Shown in pieces: positions 38,235-47,434 of a stretch of DNA of 64,000 nt (the first letter of the stretch is position 1; each line of letters begins with the position of its first letter). The DNA is from an uncultured Bacteroidales bacterium (GTDB lineage: Bacteria; Bacteroidota; Bacteroidia; Bacteroidales; Muribaculaceae): NCBI GenBank assembly GCA_947175575.1, contig CAMWNG010000003.1, positions 9,796 to 73,795 on the forward strand. The letters run 5' to 3'. The translations under genes were made by a program, and so were the position numbers. Below the pieces are notes generated by a model, which was not told the DNA's origin, searched no databases, and saw only the letters and a list, made by a program, of their open reading frames with translations.

Positions 38235-38237
38235 ACC

Positions 38238-38507
38238 ATGGCACAAGCAAAATCTGAGATCCGCTACCTCACTCCTATGTCGGTAGACGTGAAAAAGAAA
38301 AAATACTGCCGCTTCAAACGCGCAGGCATCAAATATGTTGACTATAAGGATGCTGAATTCCTCAAGAAATTCCTCAACGAGCAGGGCAAGATCCTTCCCC
38401 GCCGCATCACCGGAACTTCTCTCAAATTCCAGCGTCGTGTAGCACAGGCCGTGAAACGTGCACGTCACCTCGCACTCCTGCCCTATGTAACCGACCTTAT
38501 GAAATAA
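38238..38507 (+). CDS. rpsR: 30S ribosomal protein S18
   Basis: Motifs KKYCRF...IKYVDYKD...LPRRITG, 89 aa. Confidence 0.96.
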   Translation: MAQAKSEIRYLTPMSVDVKKKKYCRFKRAGIKYVDYKDAEFLKKFLNEQGKILPRRITGTSLKFQRRVAQAVKRARHLALLPYVTDLMK

Positions 38508-38528
38508 CCCCTTAATCCGAAAGCCAAC

Positions 38529-38972
38529 ATGAAAATCATTCTTAAAGAAGACGTTCGTGGCCTTGGATACAAGGACGACGTTGTTGAAGTAAAAGACGGT
38601 TACGGCCGCAATTTCCTCATCCCTACCGGTAAAGCCGTAGTCGCTACTCCCTCGGCACTCAAAGTTCTTGCTGAAAACCAGCGTCAGCGCGCTCACAAGA
38701 TCGCGCAGATCAAGGCCGATGCTGAAGCAGCTGCTGCCGCACTCGAAGGCGTTGCACTCACAATCGGTGCCAAGACTTCCGCTACCGGCACTATCTTCGG
38801 TTCTGTCAACGCTATCCAGATTGCTGAAGCCCTTGAGAAACTCGGACACAATGTTGACCGCAAACTTATCATCCTCAAGGACAACATCAAGGAAGTCGGC
38901 AAATACACCGCAACCGTTCAGTTCCACAAAGAAGTGGCTGTCGAAGTCCCCTTCGAAGTGGTTGCAGAATAA
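38529..38972 (+). CDS. rplI: 50S ribosomal protein L9
   Basis: MKIILKEDVRGLGYKDDVVEVKDGYGRNFLIP. Confidence 0.96.
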   Translation: MKIILKEDVRGLGYKDDVVEVKDGYGRNFLIPTGKAVVATPSALKVLAENQRQRAHKIAQIKADAEAAAAALEGVALTIGAKTSATGTIFGSVNAIQIAEALEKLGHNVDRKLIILKDNIKEVGKYTATVQFHKEVAVEVPFEVVAE

Positions 38973-39041
38973 TCAAGACCCCTCCCTTGGCTGTCATATC
39001 CCGGACAGCCATTCCCCAACCCTCGTATTATAACGAGAAGA

Positions 39042-39075
39042 TTAACCCGCGTCGAGAGACACGGGTTAATTTTTT
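39042..39075 (+). terminator. rho-independent terminator of the rpsF operon
   Basis: ttaacccg / cgggttaa stem around a 12-nt loop, followed by tttttt. Confidence 0.7.
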
Positions 39076-39130
39076 CCCAAAGTTAATCTAAAACAATAAC
39101 ACATTTATTAGATCAAGCCGTTTTTCGAAA

Positions 39131-39165
39131 TTAAAAAATCCCGACGAGGATAATTCGCCGGGATT
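39131..39165 (-). terminator. rho-independent terminator downstream of the PepSY-like gene
   Basis: On the - strand, aatcccggcg...cgtcgggatt (10-bp stem, one mismatch) is followed by a T run. Confidence 0.6.
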
Positions 39166-39186
39166 CAGTTTATTATATAACAAGTA

Positions 39187-39627
39187 TTAATCTTCAGCAC
39201 CCAAATATGTGCCGATAGCGGAGAACATAAGGTCAAGACCATTTACTGTCTCGACATCATATCCGTACTTCTCTTTTGAAATCTCGTTCACTCCGCCTGC
39301 ATCGGGAATTGCTTTGATATATACATCAATATCCGAAGGATAAAATCCGGTGGGAACTGTCAAGCCGAGTGGAGCATCGACGTCCAACCAAGCGCCATTC
39401 CTATCAAATTCAATTTCATGTCCGTTGGAAAGGGTTACATCGTACTTGTTATCATCCCTTACTGTGTTAAGAATTTCCACATTGGGATAATATGTCTGAA
39501 CGAATGCTGTTGCAGGAGTTGGAAGTTCTTCCGGTGACACAGGCTTGTCATCATCTCCACAACTCCAAAGGCCGAGTGTAAGACTAAATACAGACATCAG
39601 GCCAAGGATTCTAACTATTTTTTTCAT
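39187..39627 (-). CDS. PepSY-like (DUF2874-type) lipoprotein
   Basis: Lipobox LWSCG. Repeated pattern ...YPNVEILNTVRDDNKYDVTLSNGHEIEFDRNGAW... is typical of PepSY-like beta-lactamase-inhibitor-like domains. Confidence 0.6.
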   Translation of the reverse strand: MKKIVRILGLMSVFSLTLGLWSCGDDDKPVSPEELPTPATAFVQTYYPNVEILNTVRDDNKYDVTLSNGHEIEFDRNGAWLDVDAPLGLTVPTGFYPSDIDVYIKAIPDAGGVNEISKEKYGYDVETVNGLDLMFSAIGTYLGAED

Positions 39628-39683
39628 GTCTGAGTGATTAAGTAATTTTCAGACATAACACCGGCCGGGCACGAATTGTTGCG

Positions 39684-40307
39684 TCAGTTTTCTTTTAGCT
39701 TGACGCCGGCAAGTTCAAATAATTTTCTGTCGGGAATGATGAATATTTCCACACGCCTGTTTACAGCGCGGTTAACGCGTGTAGTGTTCGGTACACGCGG
39801 TTCATCTTTGCCTATGCCGTAGGGCACCACATTTGTATCGTCCGTCCCGGCAAGCTGCCACAGATAATCATCAATAGCATTGGCACGTGCAGCTGAAATC
39901 GAATCAGCATACACCTCATCACCTGTATCATCAGTATGCACAGCCACAAGCACTTTGTATTTTTTGGGTTCACGTACCACGATTCCCAACGGACGCAGAC
40001 GTTCACCAGCCGTAGGCTTAAGCTCCACTGCGCCGGCTCCGAAAAGATCAGAACAAGGCACCGTTAACTCAACAACTTCGCCGTCGCGCAACATTTCTGT
40101 TGCGAAACCTGACTTTAGCATATACCGCCGCAGCTGATCCATGGCTGTTTTCACATACGCTTTTGCTTTCTTAGGAACCTCGGGCGTGGCGATGTTCTGG
40201 TCAAGACTGTATTCCAGCACATCCTGCTCTTCAGATTGTCCGGCCGCTGTGACACAAGGTGCCCCCCAGACAGCGGCAGTCAATAATAATATGGGAATTA
40301 TTCGCAT
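39684..40307 (-). CDS. OmpA-family (OmpA_C-like) protein
   Basis: Signal peptide. C-terminal peptidoglycan-binding pattern: HTDDTG..., SAARANAIDDYL and NRRVEIFI. Confidence 0.8.
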   Translation of the reverse strand: MRIIPILLLTAAVWGAPCVTAAGQSEEQDVLEYSLDQNIATPEVPKKAKAYVKTAMDQLRRYMLKSGFATEMLRDGEVVELTVPCSDLFGAGAVELKPTAGERLRPLGIVVREPKKYKVLVAVHTDDTGDEVYADSISAARANAIDDYLWQLAGTDDTNVVPYGIGKDEPRVPNTTRVNRAVNRRVEIFIIPDRKLFELAGVKLKEN

Positions 40308-40332
40308 GGTATAGGAGAGAGTTTGCGGTTAA

Positions 40333-40635
40333 TCATTCAAGGGTGGCTTCATAGTCAAGATACGCACGCAGCAACGGTTCAACGGCCTCGGGAGCCAGCG
40401 TGGCGCCTTTATCTTTTCGAAGCATACGACGTACATAAGCCATCAAATCCTCGAAATCCACATCGTCTTCTTCAAGATCATCCATGTCTATCTCAAGCAA
40501 GCCGTTTGCCTCATAATAATCATATACGAGATCTATGAGGTTGGTAAGCTCATCCTCATCGGTACACATCGTTGCAATCTCTGCGGGAACATGGTCCTGC
40601 ATATATTTTATCGCTTGGCTTTCGTCAAATTCCAT
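40333..40635 (-). CDS. hypothetical small acidic protein
   Basis: 100 aa, very D/E-rich centre (EIDMDDLEEDDVDFEDL). Sits 6 nt after the rimM stop on the same strand. No family recognised. Confidence 0.5.
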   Translation of the reverse strand: MEFDESQAIKYMQDHVPAEIATMCTDEDELTNLIDLVYDYYEANGLLEIDMDDLEEDDVDFEDLMAYVRRMLRKDKGATLAPEAVEPLLRAYLDYEATLE

Positions 40636-40641
40636 ATCATT

Positions 40642-41172
40642 CTAATTTATATCAAGAATACCTGCAGGCAGGTCGAGCGTCAATGTCCGGTTTTCCGGAT
40701 CGAGCGCCACAAGCAGTTCTTCCGCGAATGGCACAAGCACTTTCAGACCGGCAGGGGTTTCTACCTCAAAAAGTATATTGACCGTCGAGTCATCAATTGA
40801 ACGTATAACACCGATTTCGTGTTCACCGTCGATGAGCCTGAACCCTTCAAGGTCATACAGATGAACTCCATCGGCATCTTCATCCGAAAAATCCACAGGC
40901 AATTCTGCTGTCAGAGCGAACAATATTGCATTCGAGAATTCGGCTGCCTGTCTTTCGTTCTCAACCCCCTCAAATCGCACCAGCCAACTCTCAGAACCTC
41001 TTCTACGACTTTCAGCCACAAAAAACGGCACAAAGATACCCTCTCTGTCAATCAGAAAACATCGAACATCCTCGGGCGAAAAATCATAATCAAGCGTTAT
41101 TGATACTTCTCCTTTGATGCCGTGCGGCTTGAAAATCTGTCCAACCTCTGTAAGGCTGTCGGGTGTGATCAT
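40642..41172 (-). CDS. rimM: ribosome maturation factor RimM
   Basis: VGQIFKPHGIKGEVSI N-terminal beta-barrel motif plus a PRC-barrel-like C-terminus. Confidence 0.9.
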   Translation of the reverse strand: MITPDSLTEVGQIFKPHGIKGEVSITLDYDFSPEDVRCFLIDREGIFVPFFVAESRRRGSESWLVRFEGVENERQAAEFSNAILFALTAELPVDFSDEDADGVHLYDLEGFRLIDGEHEIGVIRSIDDSTVNILFEVETPAGLKVLVPFAEELLVALDPENRTLTLDLPAGILDIN

Positions 41173-41753
41173 TTTTTCTTCTTTTTCTTGCCGGGGACAG
41201 GCACAATATTAAATTCGCACAGACGTGTTTCGGACGGGTCGAGTCTGATAACACCATGCGACATATCATACAGGTCGCGGAACACCCGTTCGTCATCCAC
41301 TCCGTCAGGATTAACAGCCAGAAGCTGTTTCTTCATGTGATTGGCAAGAAGCATTACCAACTCCTCCCGGCGTTCGTCCGGCTCCATCTTCGAGGCTTCC
41401 TCGACCATCAGTTCAAGCAGACATCCATATTCCCTTCTGTTAGCTACTCCGCTTCCGGGTGCCACACGATCGGGGCATGTGTCGAATTCTTCTGGACGCG
41501 AAATTTCGAACGGGACATCTACATCCAATTTGAAATCGCTCATCAGGAACAGATGTTCCCAAAGGCGCAGGCGATTGGATTTCTGATCACCCTGCTGAGG
41601 AAAAAGAACTGTCATGGCGTCGACTATCGACCGTGCGCAATGTGTACGCTCCTGTCGGTCCTCAATCTCAAGACACCGAGCCAGCATATTCTGAATATTT
41701 CTGCCATATTCCGGAAGTATGACCGGAGACATATGATTATTGTATGTGAGCAT
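41169..41753 (-). CDS. DUF4290 domain-containing protein
   Basis: VILPEYGRNIQNM... start is typical of DUF4290. It ends in GKKKKKK, and the stop overlaps the rimM ATG. Confidence 0.75.
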   Translation of the reverse strand: MLTYNNHMSPVILPEYGRNIQNMLARCLEIEDRQERTHCARSIVDAMTVLFPQQGDQKSNRLRLWEHLFLMSDFKLDVDVPFEISRPEEFDTCPDRVAPGSGVANRREYGCLLELMVEEASKMEPDERREELVMLLANHMKKQLLAVNPDGVDDERVFRDLYDMSHGVIRLDPSETRLCEFNIVPVPGKKKKKK

Positions 41754-41775
41754 TGTCAGTTACTTATGAGATGTG

Positions 41776-41783
41776 CAAAGGTA
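41776..41783 (-). promoter_or_regulatory. -7 promoter box (TACCTTTG) for the DUF4290-rimM operon
   Basis: The reverse complement of caaaggta matches TAnnTTTG, 23 nt upstream of the ATG at 41753. Confidence 0.5.
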
Positions 41784-41825
41784 CGGAAATTTTTGCAATA
41801 ATTTTTCCAGTTAAAATATTTTAGC

Positions 41826-41833
41826 TAAATTTG
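41826..41833 (+). promoter_or_regulatory. -7 promoter box (TAAATTTG) for serC-serA
   Basis: Exact TAnnTTTG match 35 nt upstream of the serC ATG. Confidence 0.5.
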
Positions 41834-41867
41834 CATCATCAACCGAACTCTAAAATCTTTACAGAGT

Positions 41868-42938
41868 ATGAAAAAACATAACTTTTACGCCGGGCCTTCC
41901 ATCCTGAGCGAGTACACTATAAAAAATACGGCTGAAGCCATCCTGAACTTCGCCGACACCGGCCTTTCAGTGTTGGAAGTATCGCACCGCAGTAAGGAAT
42001 TTCAGGCCGTGATTGACGAAGCATCAGCGCTTGTAAAAGAAATTCTTGACATACCTGAAGGTTTTTCCGTACTCTGGCTTGGCGGAGGTGCATCCATGCA
42101 GTTCTGCATGATTCCTTATAACTTCTTGAATACCAAGGCTTCCTACCTCGACACCGGTACGTGGGCGTCCAATGCCATCAAGGAAGCACGCCTGTTCGGC
42201 GACGTGGACGTGGTCGCATCATCCAAAGACGCCAATTACACCTATATTCCGAAAGACTGGACAGTCGCCAAAGATTCCAATTATTTCCATTACACGTCGA
42301 ACAATACCATTTACGGCACAGAGATGCGATTCGACCCCGAGGTTCCGGTTCCTATGATCGCGGACATGAGCTCGGACATCTTCTCCCGTCCCGTCGATTT
42401 CTCGAAATATATCGCCGTCTATGCAGGCGCTCAGAAGAATCTCGCTCCGGCCGGCGTAACGCTCGTCATCGTACGCGATGAAGCGCTCGGACACGTCGAA
42501 CGACAGATTCCCACGATGCTTGACTACCGCACACACGTCAAGAAAGGTTCCATGTTCAACACTCCGCCCGTACTTCCGATCTACTCTGCGCTTATGACTC
42601 TGCGCTATTATAAGGAACTCGGAGGACTGAAAGAACTTGAACGCCGCGACCTTGAAAAGGCAGCCCTGCTTTACGACGCGATAGACAGCAGCCGGATGTT
42701 CCGCGGCACAGTCACCGACACCGCCGACCGATCCATAATGAACGTATGCTTTGTTATGACACCTGAATACACCGAACTTGAAAAATCATTCGTTGATTTC
42801 TGCGCGGAACGCGGTATAGTCGGAATCAAGGGTCATCGCAGCGTCGGAGGCTTCCGTGCGTCGCTCTACAACGCTATGCCGATCGAAAGCGTCAAAGTGC
42901 TCGTTGAGGCAATGAAAGATTTTGAAAACAAGCATTAA
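41868..42938 (+). CDS. serC: 3-phosphoserine/phosphohydroxythreonine aminotransferase
   Basis: [13 protein letters not shown] start, GGGASMQF and [12 protein letters not shown] (PLP-lysine region). Confidence 0.95.
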   Translation: MKKHNFYAGPSILSEYTIKNTAEAILNFADTGLSVLEVSHRSKEFQAVIDEASALVKEILDIPEGFSVLWLGGGASMQFCMIPYNFLNTKASYLDTGTWASNAIKEARLFGDVDVVASSKDANYTYIPKDWTVAKDSNYFHYTSNNTIYGTEMRFDPEVPVPMIADMSSDIFSRPVDFSKYIAVYAGAQKNLAPAGVTLVIVRDEALGHVERQIPTMLDYRTHVKKGSMFNTPPVLPIYSALMTLRYYKELGGLKELERRDLEKAALLYDAIDSSRMFRGTVTDTADRSIMNVCFVMTPEYTELEKSFVDFCAERGIVGIKGHRSVGGFRASLYNAMPIESVKVLVEAMKDFENKH

Positions 42939-42956
42939 TCCAGAATAACTCAGGAC

Positions 42957-43877
42957 ATGAAGAAAGTTCTCGTCGCTACAGAAAAACCGTTCGCGGCAGA
43001 AGCCGTTCAAGGCATTCGAGAAGTAATTGAGAATGCAGGTTATCAGTTCATGCTGCTGGAAAAGTATGCCTCGAAAGTAGATTTGCTGAATGCCGTCGCA
43101 AATGCTGACGCACTTATCGTTAGAAGCGATAAAGTGGACGGCGAAGTAATCGATGCGGCAGAAAACCTCAAGCTTGTTGTGCGCGCAGGTGCCGGATACG
43201 ATAACGTCGACACCGAGATGGCAAAGGCGCACGGAATCGTTGTCGAGAACACTCCGGGACAGAATTCCAACGCTGTCGCCGAACTTGTTTTCGGCATGGC
43301 AATAATGGCCGCACGCAACATGTACGCCGGCACCTCCGGTTTCGAACTCAAGGGAAAACGGCTCGGACTTCAGGCATTCGGTCAGGTCGGTCGCAATGTC
43401 GCACGCATTGCTAAAGGTTTCGGCATGACAGTGGATGCATTCGATCCTTTCTGCCCTGAGGAAGTGATGGAGCAGGCCGGCGTCACCCCGGTACATAGCG
43501 TCGAATCACTTTACAGTCACAATCTGTTCGTGTCAATACATATTCCGGCCACACCGCAGACAGTAAAAAGCATCGGCTACGATCTTATAACCCTCATGCC
43601 CAAAAACGCTGTCCTTATAAATACAGCTCGCAAAGAGGTCGTTGACGAGGATGGACTCGCAAAAGCGCTTGAAGATCGCCCGGATATCAAATATGTATCA
43701 GATGTGAAACCCGACAATGCCGATTTCCTGACTGAAAAGTTTGCGGGCAGAGTATTCTTCACGCCCAAGAAAATGGGGGCTCAAACCGCTGAAGCGAACA
43801 TAAATGCCGGAATCGCCGCTGCAAATCAGGTTGTGGCTTTCTTCAAAGAAGGGATTGATCGTTTCAGAGTAAACTAA
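42957..43877 (+). CDS. serA: D-3-phosphoglycerate dehydrogenase (short 2-hydroxyacid dehydrogenase form)
   Basis: NAD-binding GLQAFGQVGRNVA, a D-isomer-specific dehydrogenase pattern, and position directly after serC. Confidence 0.8.
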   Translation: MKKVLVATEKPFAAEAVQGIREVIENAGYQFMLLEKYASKVDLLNAVANADALIVRSDKVDGEVIDAAENLKLVVRAGAGYDNVDTEMAKAHGIVVENTPGQNSNAVAELVFGMAIMAARNMYAGTSGFELKGKRLGLQAFGQVGRNVARIAKGFGMTVDAFDPFCPEEVMEQAGVTPVHSVESLYSHNLFVSIHIPATPQTVKSIGYDLITLMPKNAVLINTARKEVVDEDGLAKALEDRPDIKYVSDVKPDNADFLTEKFAGRVFFTPKKMGAQTAEANINAGIAAANQVVAFFKEGIDRFRVN

Positions 43878-43888
43878 GCTGCATTTAG

Positions 43889-43928
43889 TTCAGCGTAACG
43901 TATCCTTTTTAGCGACCGTTACGCTGAA
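43889..43928 (+). terminator. stem-loop after serA (weak terminator candidate)
   Basis: ttcagcgtaacg / cgttacgctgaa forms a 12-bp perfect stem with a 16-nt loop. No clean T tract follows. Confidence 0.35.
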
Positions 43929-44147
43929 TCATATTTCTTATGCCCTGCGATATAGCCGAAACAATCTTTTCCGCCCCGGGCTTCAAAATTTACTGATGAT
44001 ATAACAGAAAAAATAATTTGTAAACGCGCAGCTGAACGTAACTTTATCGCCCGACTATGCAATAAATACATATCCGGCACGTTATAGTCTTAGCTGTAGA
44101 AGCGTCAACGCGCCTGAGCGGCTGAAAATACACCAATCACGCCTAAC

Positions 44148-44951
44148 ATGAAATTCAAGACATTCGCCATATCCTCTTTGCTTGCTGTCTGTCTGGCATC
44201 CTGCACGTCCACAAAAACCGCACTACCCTATTTCACCGACATTTCAGAGGTGAAAACCGGAGTGCTGGAAGAATTGGACTACAACACAGTAATCGCTCCC
44301 GACGACGAACTCCTCATCACAGTCCTTTCAAGTTACCCCGAGGCAACCGCCGCCTATAATCTCCCGTTATCTAATCCGGCAACACGTTCCGATCTTATGA
44401 TCGCAACCACTCCAAAGCAACAGACCTACGTCGTGAATTCCGAAGGCGACATCACCATGCCTGTTCTCGGCATAATACATGTAGCCGGAATGACCACCGA
44501 GGCTTTGCAGAAAGAGCTTACCACACGCATTCAGGCCGATGTGAAGGATGCAGTAGTCAGAGTGGAACTTGTGAACTTTCAAATTGTTGTCGCCGGTGAA
44601 GTCGCAAAACCGAGCACTATAAAGGTCGACCGCAACCGGTTCAGCATCCTTGACGCTTTGAGTGCGGCCGGCGACCTAACACAATATGGCGAACGATCAA
44701 ATATTTTGCTCATACGCGAGAACGAAGGAAAACGCGAATACATCCATCTCGATCTCAACTCTTCCGATATCCTGACATCGCCCTACTTCTACCTGAAGCA
44801 GAACGATTATATTTACGTAGAACCCAACTCGATTCGTCAGGCAAATTCCCGCTACAATCAGGACAACGCATTCAAGCTTCAGGTTATAAGCACAATTGTG
44901 AGCGCATCATCCGTAATAGCTTCGCTCGTAATCGCCCTAACCGTCAAGTAA
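44148..44951 (+). CDS. wza: polysaccharide export outer-membrane protein (Wza-like)
   Basis: Lipoprotein-type signal (LASCTS), a Poly_export-like segment (NSEGDITMPVLGIIHVAGMT) and an SLBB-like segment. Confidence 0.85.
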   Translation: MKFKTFAISSLLAVCLASCTSTKTALPYFTDISEVKTGVLEELDYNTVIAPDDELLITVLSSYPEATAAYNLPLSNPATRSDLMIATTPKQQTYVVNSEGDITMPVLGIIHVAGMTTEALQKELTTRIQADVKDAVVRVELVNFQIVVAGEVAKPSTIKVDRNRFSILDALSAAGDLTQYGERSNILLIRENEGKREYIHLDLNSSDILTSPYFYLKQNDYIYVEPNSIRQANSRYNQDNAFKLQVISTIVSASSVIASLVIALTVK

Positions 44952-44993
44952 AAAAGCTCATTTAATCAATTACCTCCATCTCATCTTTTCCTG

Positions 44994-47300
44994 ATGGCAC
45001 AGAATAATCACAGCGATTTCATAAATATATCCCAGCTTCTGAAAAACTACCTTTCAAAATGGTATCTTTTTCTTATTTCCATCATAGTCTGCATGTTGCT
45101 GGGGCTGCTTGTAATTCGTATACATAAAGTTAAATACGGCGTGCGCGCCAATATCCTCATCCAACAGGAATCGGCCACCAGTCCGCTCGACATGATGGGT
45201 GGCCTTGGTGATATTTTCGGAGCCTCAGGTCACACTGACGATGAGATTTTCGTACTCTCTTCACACTCTGTCTACCGCGATGTCGTGCGCGACCTCGGAC
45301 TGAACCGCACACACTACATCCATACAGGATTCCTGAACAACGTACTCACATATCCGAACTATCCGATCGATGTGACGATGCCTGAAGCCGTGGCCGACAC
45401 TCTCTCAAAAAGCCTGCGCTTTAACATCAAGATTAATGAGGCGGGAAAAGCAAACATCACCGTAAAGGAAAGTAAACTTGGCACTCTCACTAAAATCAAA
45501 GATGTATCGCTTCCATATACGGTTAAAACCATCTTCGGAGATTATACGGTTGAACCCACATCGTTCTATGTGCCCGGCACAGAACTTGACACCCGCGTAC
45601 TTGTAACCGGCTATCATTCAGCTGCAGAAGACTATGCCCTTGATATCTCCAGCGAGATTGCCAACAAGCGCTCCAATGTTATTCTGATGGGCTATAACAC
45701 CACCTGCCCCAAACTTGGTGAAATGCTCCTTCAGGATATCATTGACAAATATAACCAACGAGGTATCTACGAAAAAAACGTCCAAGGAAAGCAAACTGGT
45801 CAGTTCATCGATGAACGTCTCAGACTTCTCGCTGATGATCTTTCCGACAGCGAAGCCAAGTATCAGAGCTACCTTGAACGTCAGGGTATTGTTGATCCCA
45901 CAGTCGAAGTACAATATCAGACAGAAAAACGCGCCAATGTCGAAGCATCTCTTATCGAAGCGGAGACATCCCTTGAAATCCTGCGCATAACGAAGGAATT
46001 CCTCGCCCTGCCTGCCAACCGCTACGAACTTATACCCACTGCAGTTTCCTCCGAGGCTCTGCAACGCACTATATCGGAATATAACACTCTGCTTATCGAA
46101 CGAAACGATCTCGCTTCACACGCCGACGCATCCAACATAGCTTTACAGCGCAAGACAGCAGCGATAGACGCGGCTCGAAACAATATAATCGCATCGGTCG
46201 ACAAACAGTTTGTCAATCAGGAAGTTCTCGTACGCGATCTCAAGGCGCAGATGGCTGCAACCGGCAACCGGCTCGGCAGTGTGCCTTCGCAATCTCGTGC
46301 CGTTATTGACATGAAGCGTCAGCTCGAAGTCAAGCAGGAACTTTATGTCTTCCTTCGCAAACGTCAGGAAGAGAACGCCATGATGATGGCCAACGCCACA
46401 CCCAAGGCTCAGATTGTAGACGTGCCTTACACCCTTAAGAAACCTCTCGGAATCACTAATAAGATGATTCTCGCCCTCGCGTTTATCTTCGGTTTCTGTA
46501 TTCCTCCCGTATATCTTTATGTATTAAAATTGTTCCGCAACCGTGTGGAAAACCGTGAAGAAATCGAGAGCCGTACTCAGACCCCGATTCTCAGCGAAAT
46601 GTGCATAGACCATTCGGGACGTTCTCTGGTTGTATCTCCCACCGACCTCTCATCAGCTACGGAGCTGTTCCGCCTTATGCGTGCCAATCTGCTCTTCGTG
46701 TTCAACGACCCGAAGGACAAAGTCGTGCTCACCACGTCGACCACATCCGGCGAAGGCAAGTCTTTCATATGTATAAACCTGGCCGCATCGCTCGCACTTC
46801 TCGGCAAGAAGGTGCTTCTTGTGGGAATGGATATTCGTGCGCCCAAGCTGTCATCCTATCTTGATCTTGCGCCCGGACTCGGTCTCACTCAGTATCTTTC
46901 ATCAAGCGAGATTTCCATAGAACAGATTATCAACAAGAAGCCACTGGCAGACTTCCCCACCCTTGACATCATAGTGGCCGGCCCCATCCCGCCGAATCCC
47001 GCCGAACTTCTTATATCCAATAAAGTCGATGAAATGTTCAGCATCCTTCGTCAAAGATATGACTACATAGTGGTCGATTCGGCTCCTGTTGGTATGGTCA
47101 GCGATTCGTTCGCGCTCAATCGCATCGCGGACGCTACCATATATGTCACACGCATTAATCATACTTCGCTCGCAGACATTGACTACATCGACGAGATTTA
47201 CCAGGATAAGCGACTCAAGAAACTGTCGCTCGTGGTTAACGGCGTAAAGTCCAAAAAGACATACGGATACAGTAAGGACAAACGTGCCCTCGACCATTAA
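44994..47300 (+). CDS. wzc: polysaccharide co-polymerase / tyrosine autokinase (Wzc-like)
   Basis: Wzz-type N-terminal TM segment, long coiled periplasmic region, second TM segment, then a P-loop domain (TSTTSGEGKSFICINLA, VVDSAP). Confidence 0.88.
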   Translation: MAQNNHSDFINISQLLKNYLSKWYLFLISIIVCMLLGLLVIRIHKVKYGVRANILIQQESATSPLDMMGGLGDIFGASGHTDDEIFVLSSHSVYRDVVRDLGLNRTHYIHTGFLNNVLTYPNYPIDVTMPEAVADTLSKSLRFNIKINEAGKANITVKESKLGTLTKIKDVSLPYTVKTIFGDYTVEPTSFYVPGTELDTRVLVTGYHSAAEDYALDISSEIANKRSNVILMGYNTTCPKLGEMLLQDIIDKYNQRGIYEKNVQGKQTGQFIDERLRLLADDLSDSEAKYQSYLERQGIVDPTVEVQYQTEKRANVEASLIEAETSLEILRITKEFLALPANRYELIPTAVSSEALQRTISEYNTLLIERNDLASHADASNIALQRKTAAIDAARNNIIASVDKQFVNQEVLVRDLKAQMAATGNRLGSVPSQSRAVIDMKRQLEVKQELYVFLRKRQEENAMMMANATPKAQIVDVPYTLKKPLGITNKMILALAFIFGFCIPPVYLYVLKLFRNRVENREEIESRTQTPILSEMCIDHSGRSLVVSPTDLSSATELFRLMRANLLFVFNDPKDKVVLTTSTTSGEGKSFICINLAASLALLGKKVLLVGMDIRAPKLSSYLDLAPGLGLTQYLSSSEISIEQIINKKPLADFPTLDIIVAGPIPPNPAELLISNKVDEMFSILRQRYDYIVVDSAPVGMVSDSFALNRIADATIYVTRINHTSLADIDYIDEIYQDKRLKKLSLVVNGVKSKKTYGYSKDKRALDH

Positions 47301-47366
47301 TCCTCACCATATACGACAGGCTGATGGCTCCGTCACTTCGCGCAGATAATTCAGACAATTCAAGAC

Positions 47367-47410
47367 GTAGTTCCTCACACAAGCGTGAGGAACTACACTT
47401 TTCTGTTTTT
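47367..47410 (+). terminator. strong rho-independent terminator after wzc
   Basis: gtagttcctcac / gtgaggaactac forms a 12-bp perfect stem with a 6-nt loop, followed by acttttctgttttt. It lies inside the 5' end of track ORF 47324..48817. Confidence 0.7.
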
Positions 47411-47434
47411 GAATTCGGTTGGCCGCTTGCATTC

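Noticed and set aside
38028-38927. 299-aa ORF antisense to rpsF-rpsR-rplI.
   Set aside because: It lies fully opposite three unmistakable ribosomal protein genes. The translation is low-complexity and fits no family I recognise, so it is a typical shadow ORF.
41161-41195. Poly-lysine tail (GKKKKKK) of DUF4290 encoded by an A/G-rich homopurine run (with an A6 run at the rimM start overlap), considered as a slippage or phase-variation site.
   Set aside because: The longest mononucleotide runs are only 5-6 nt, too short for efficient slippage. Basic tails are common in this family as far as I recall.
47324-47434. First 37 codons of track ORF 47324..48817.
   Set aside because: They encode a hydrophilic R/S-rich peptide and contain a 12-bp-stem terminator hairpin with a T tail, so they are more likely the wzc 3' UTR than coding sequence.
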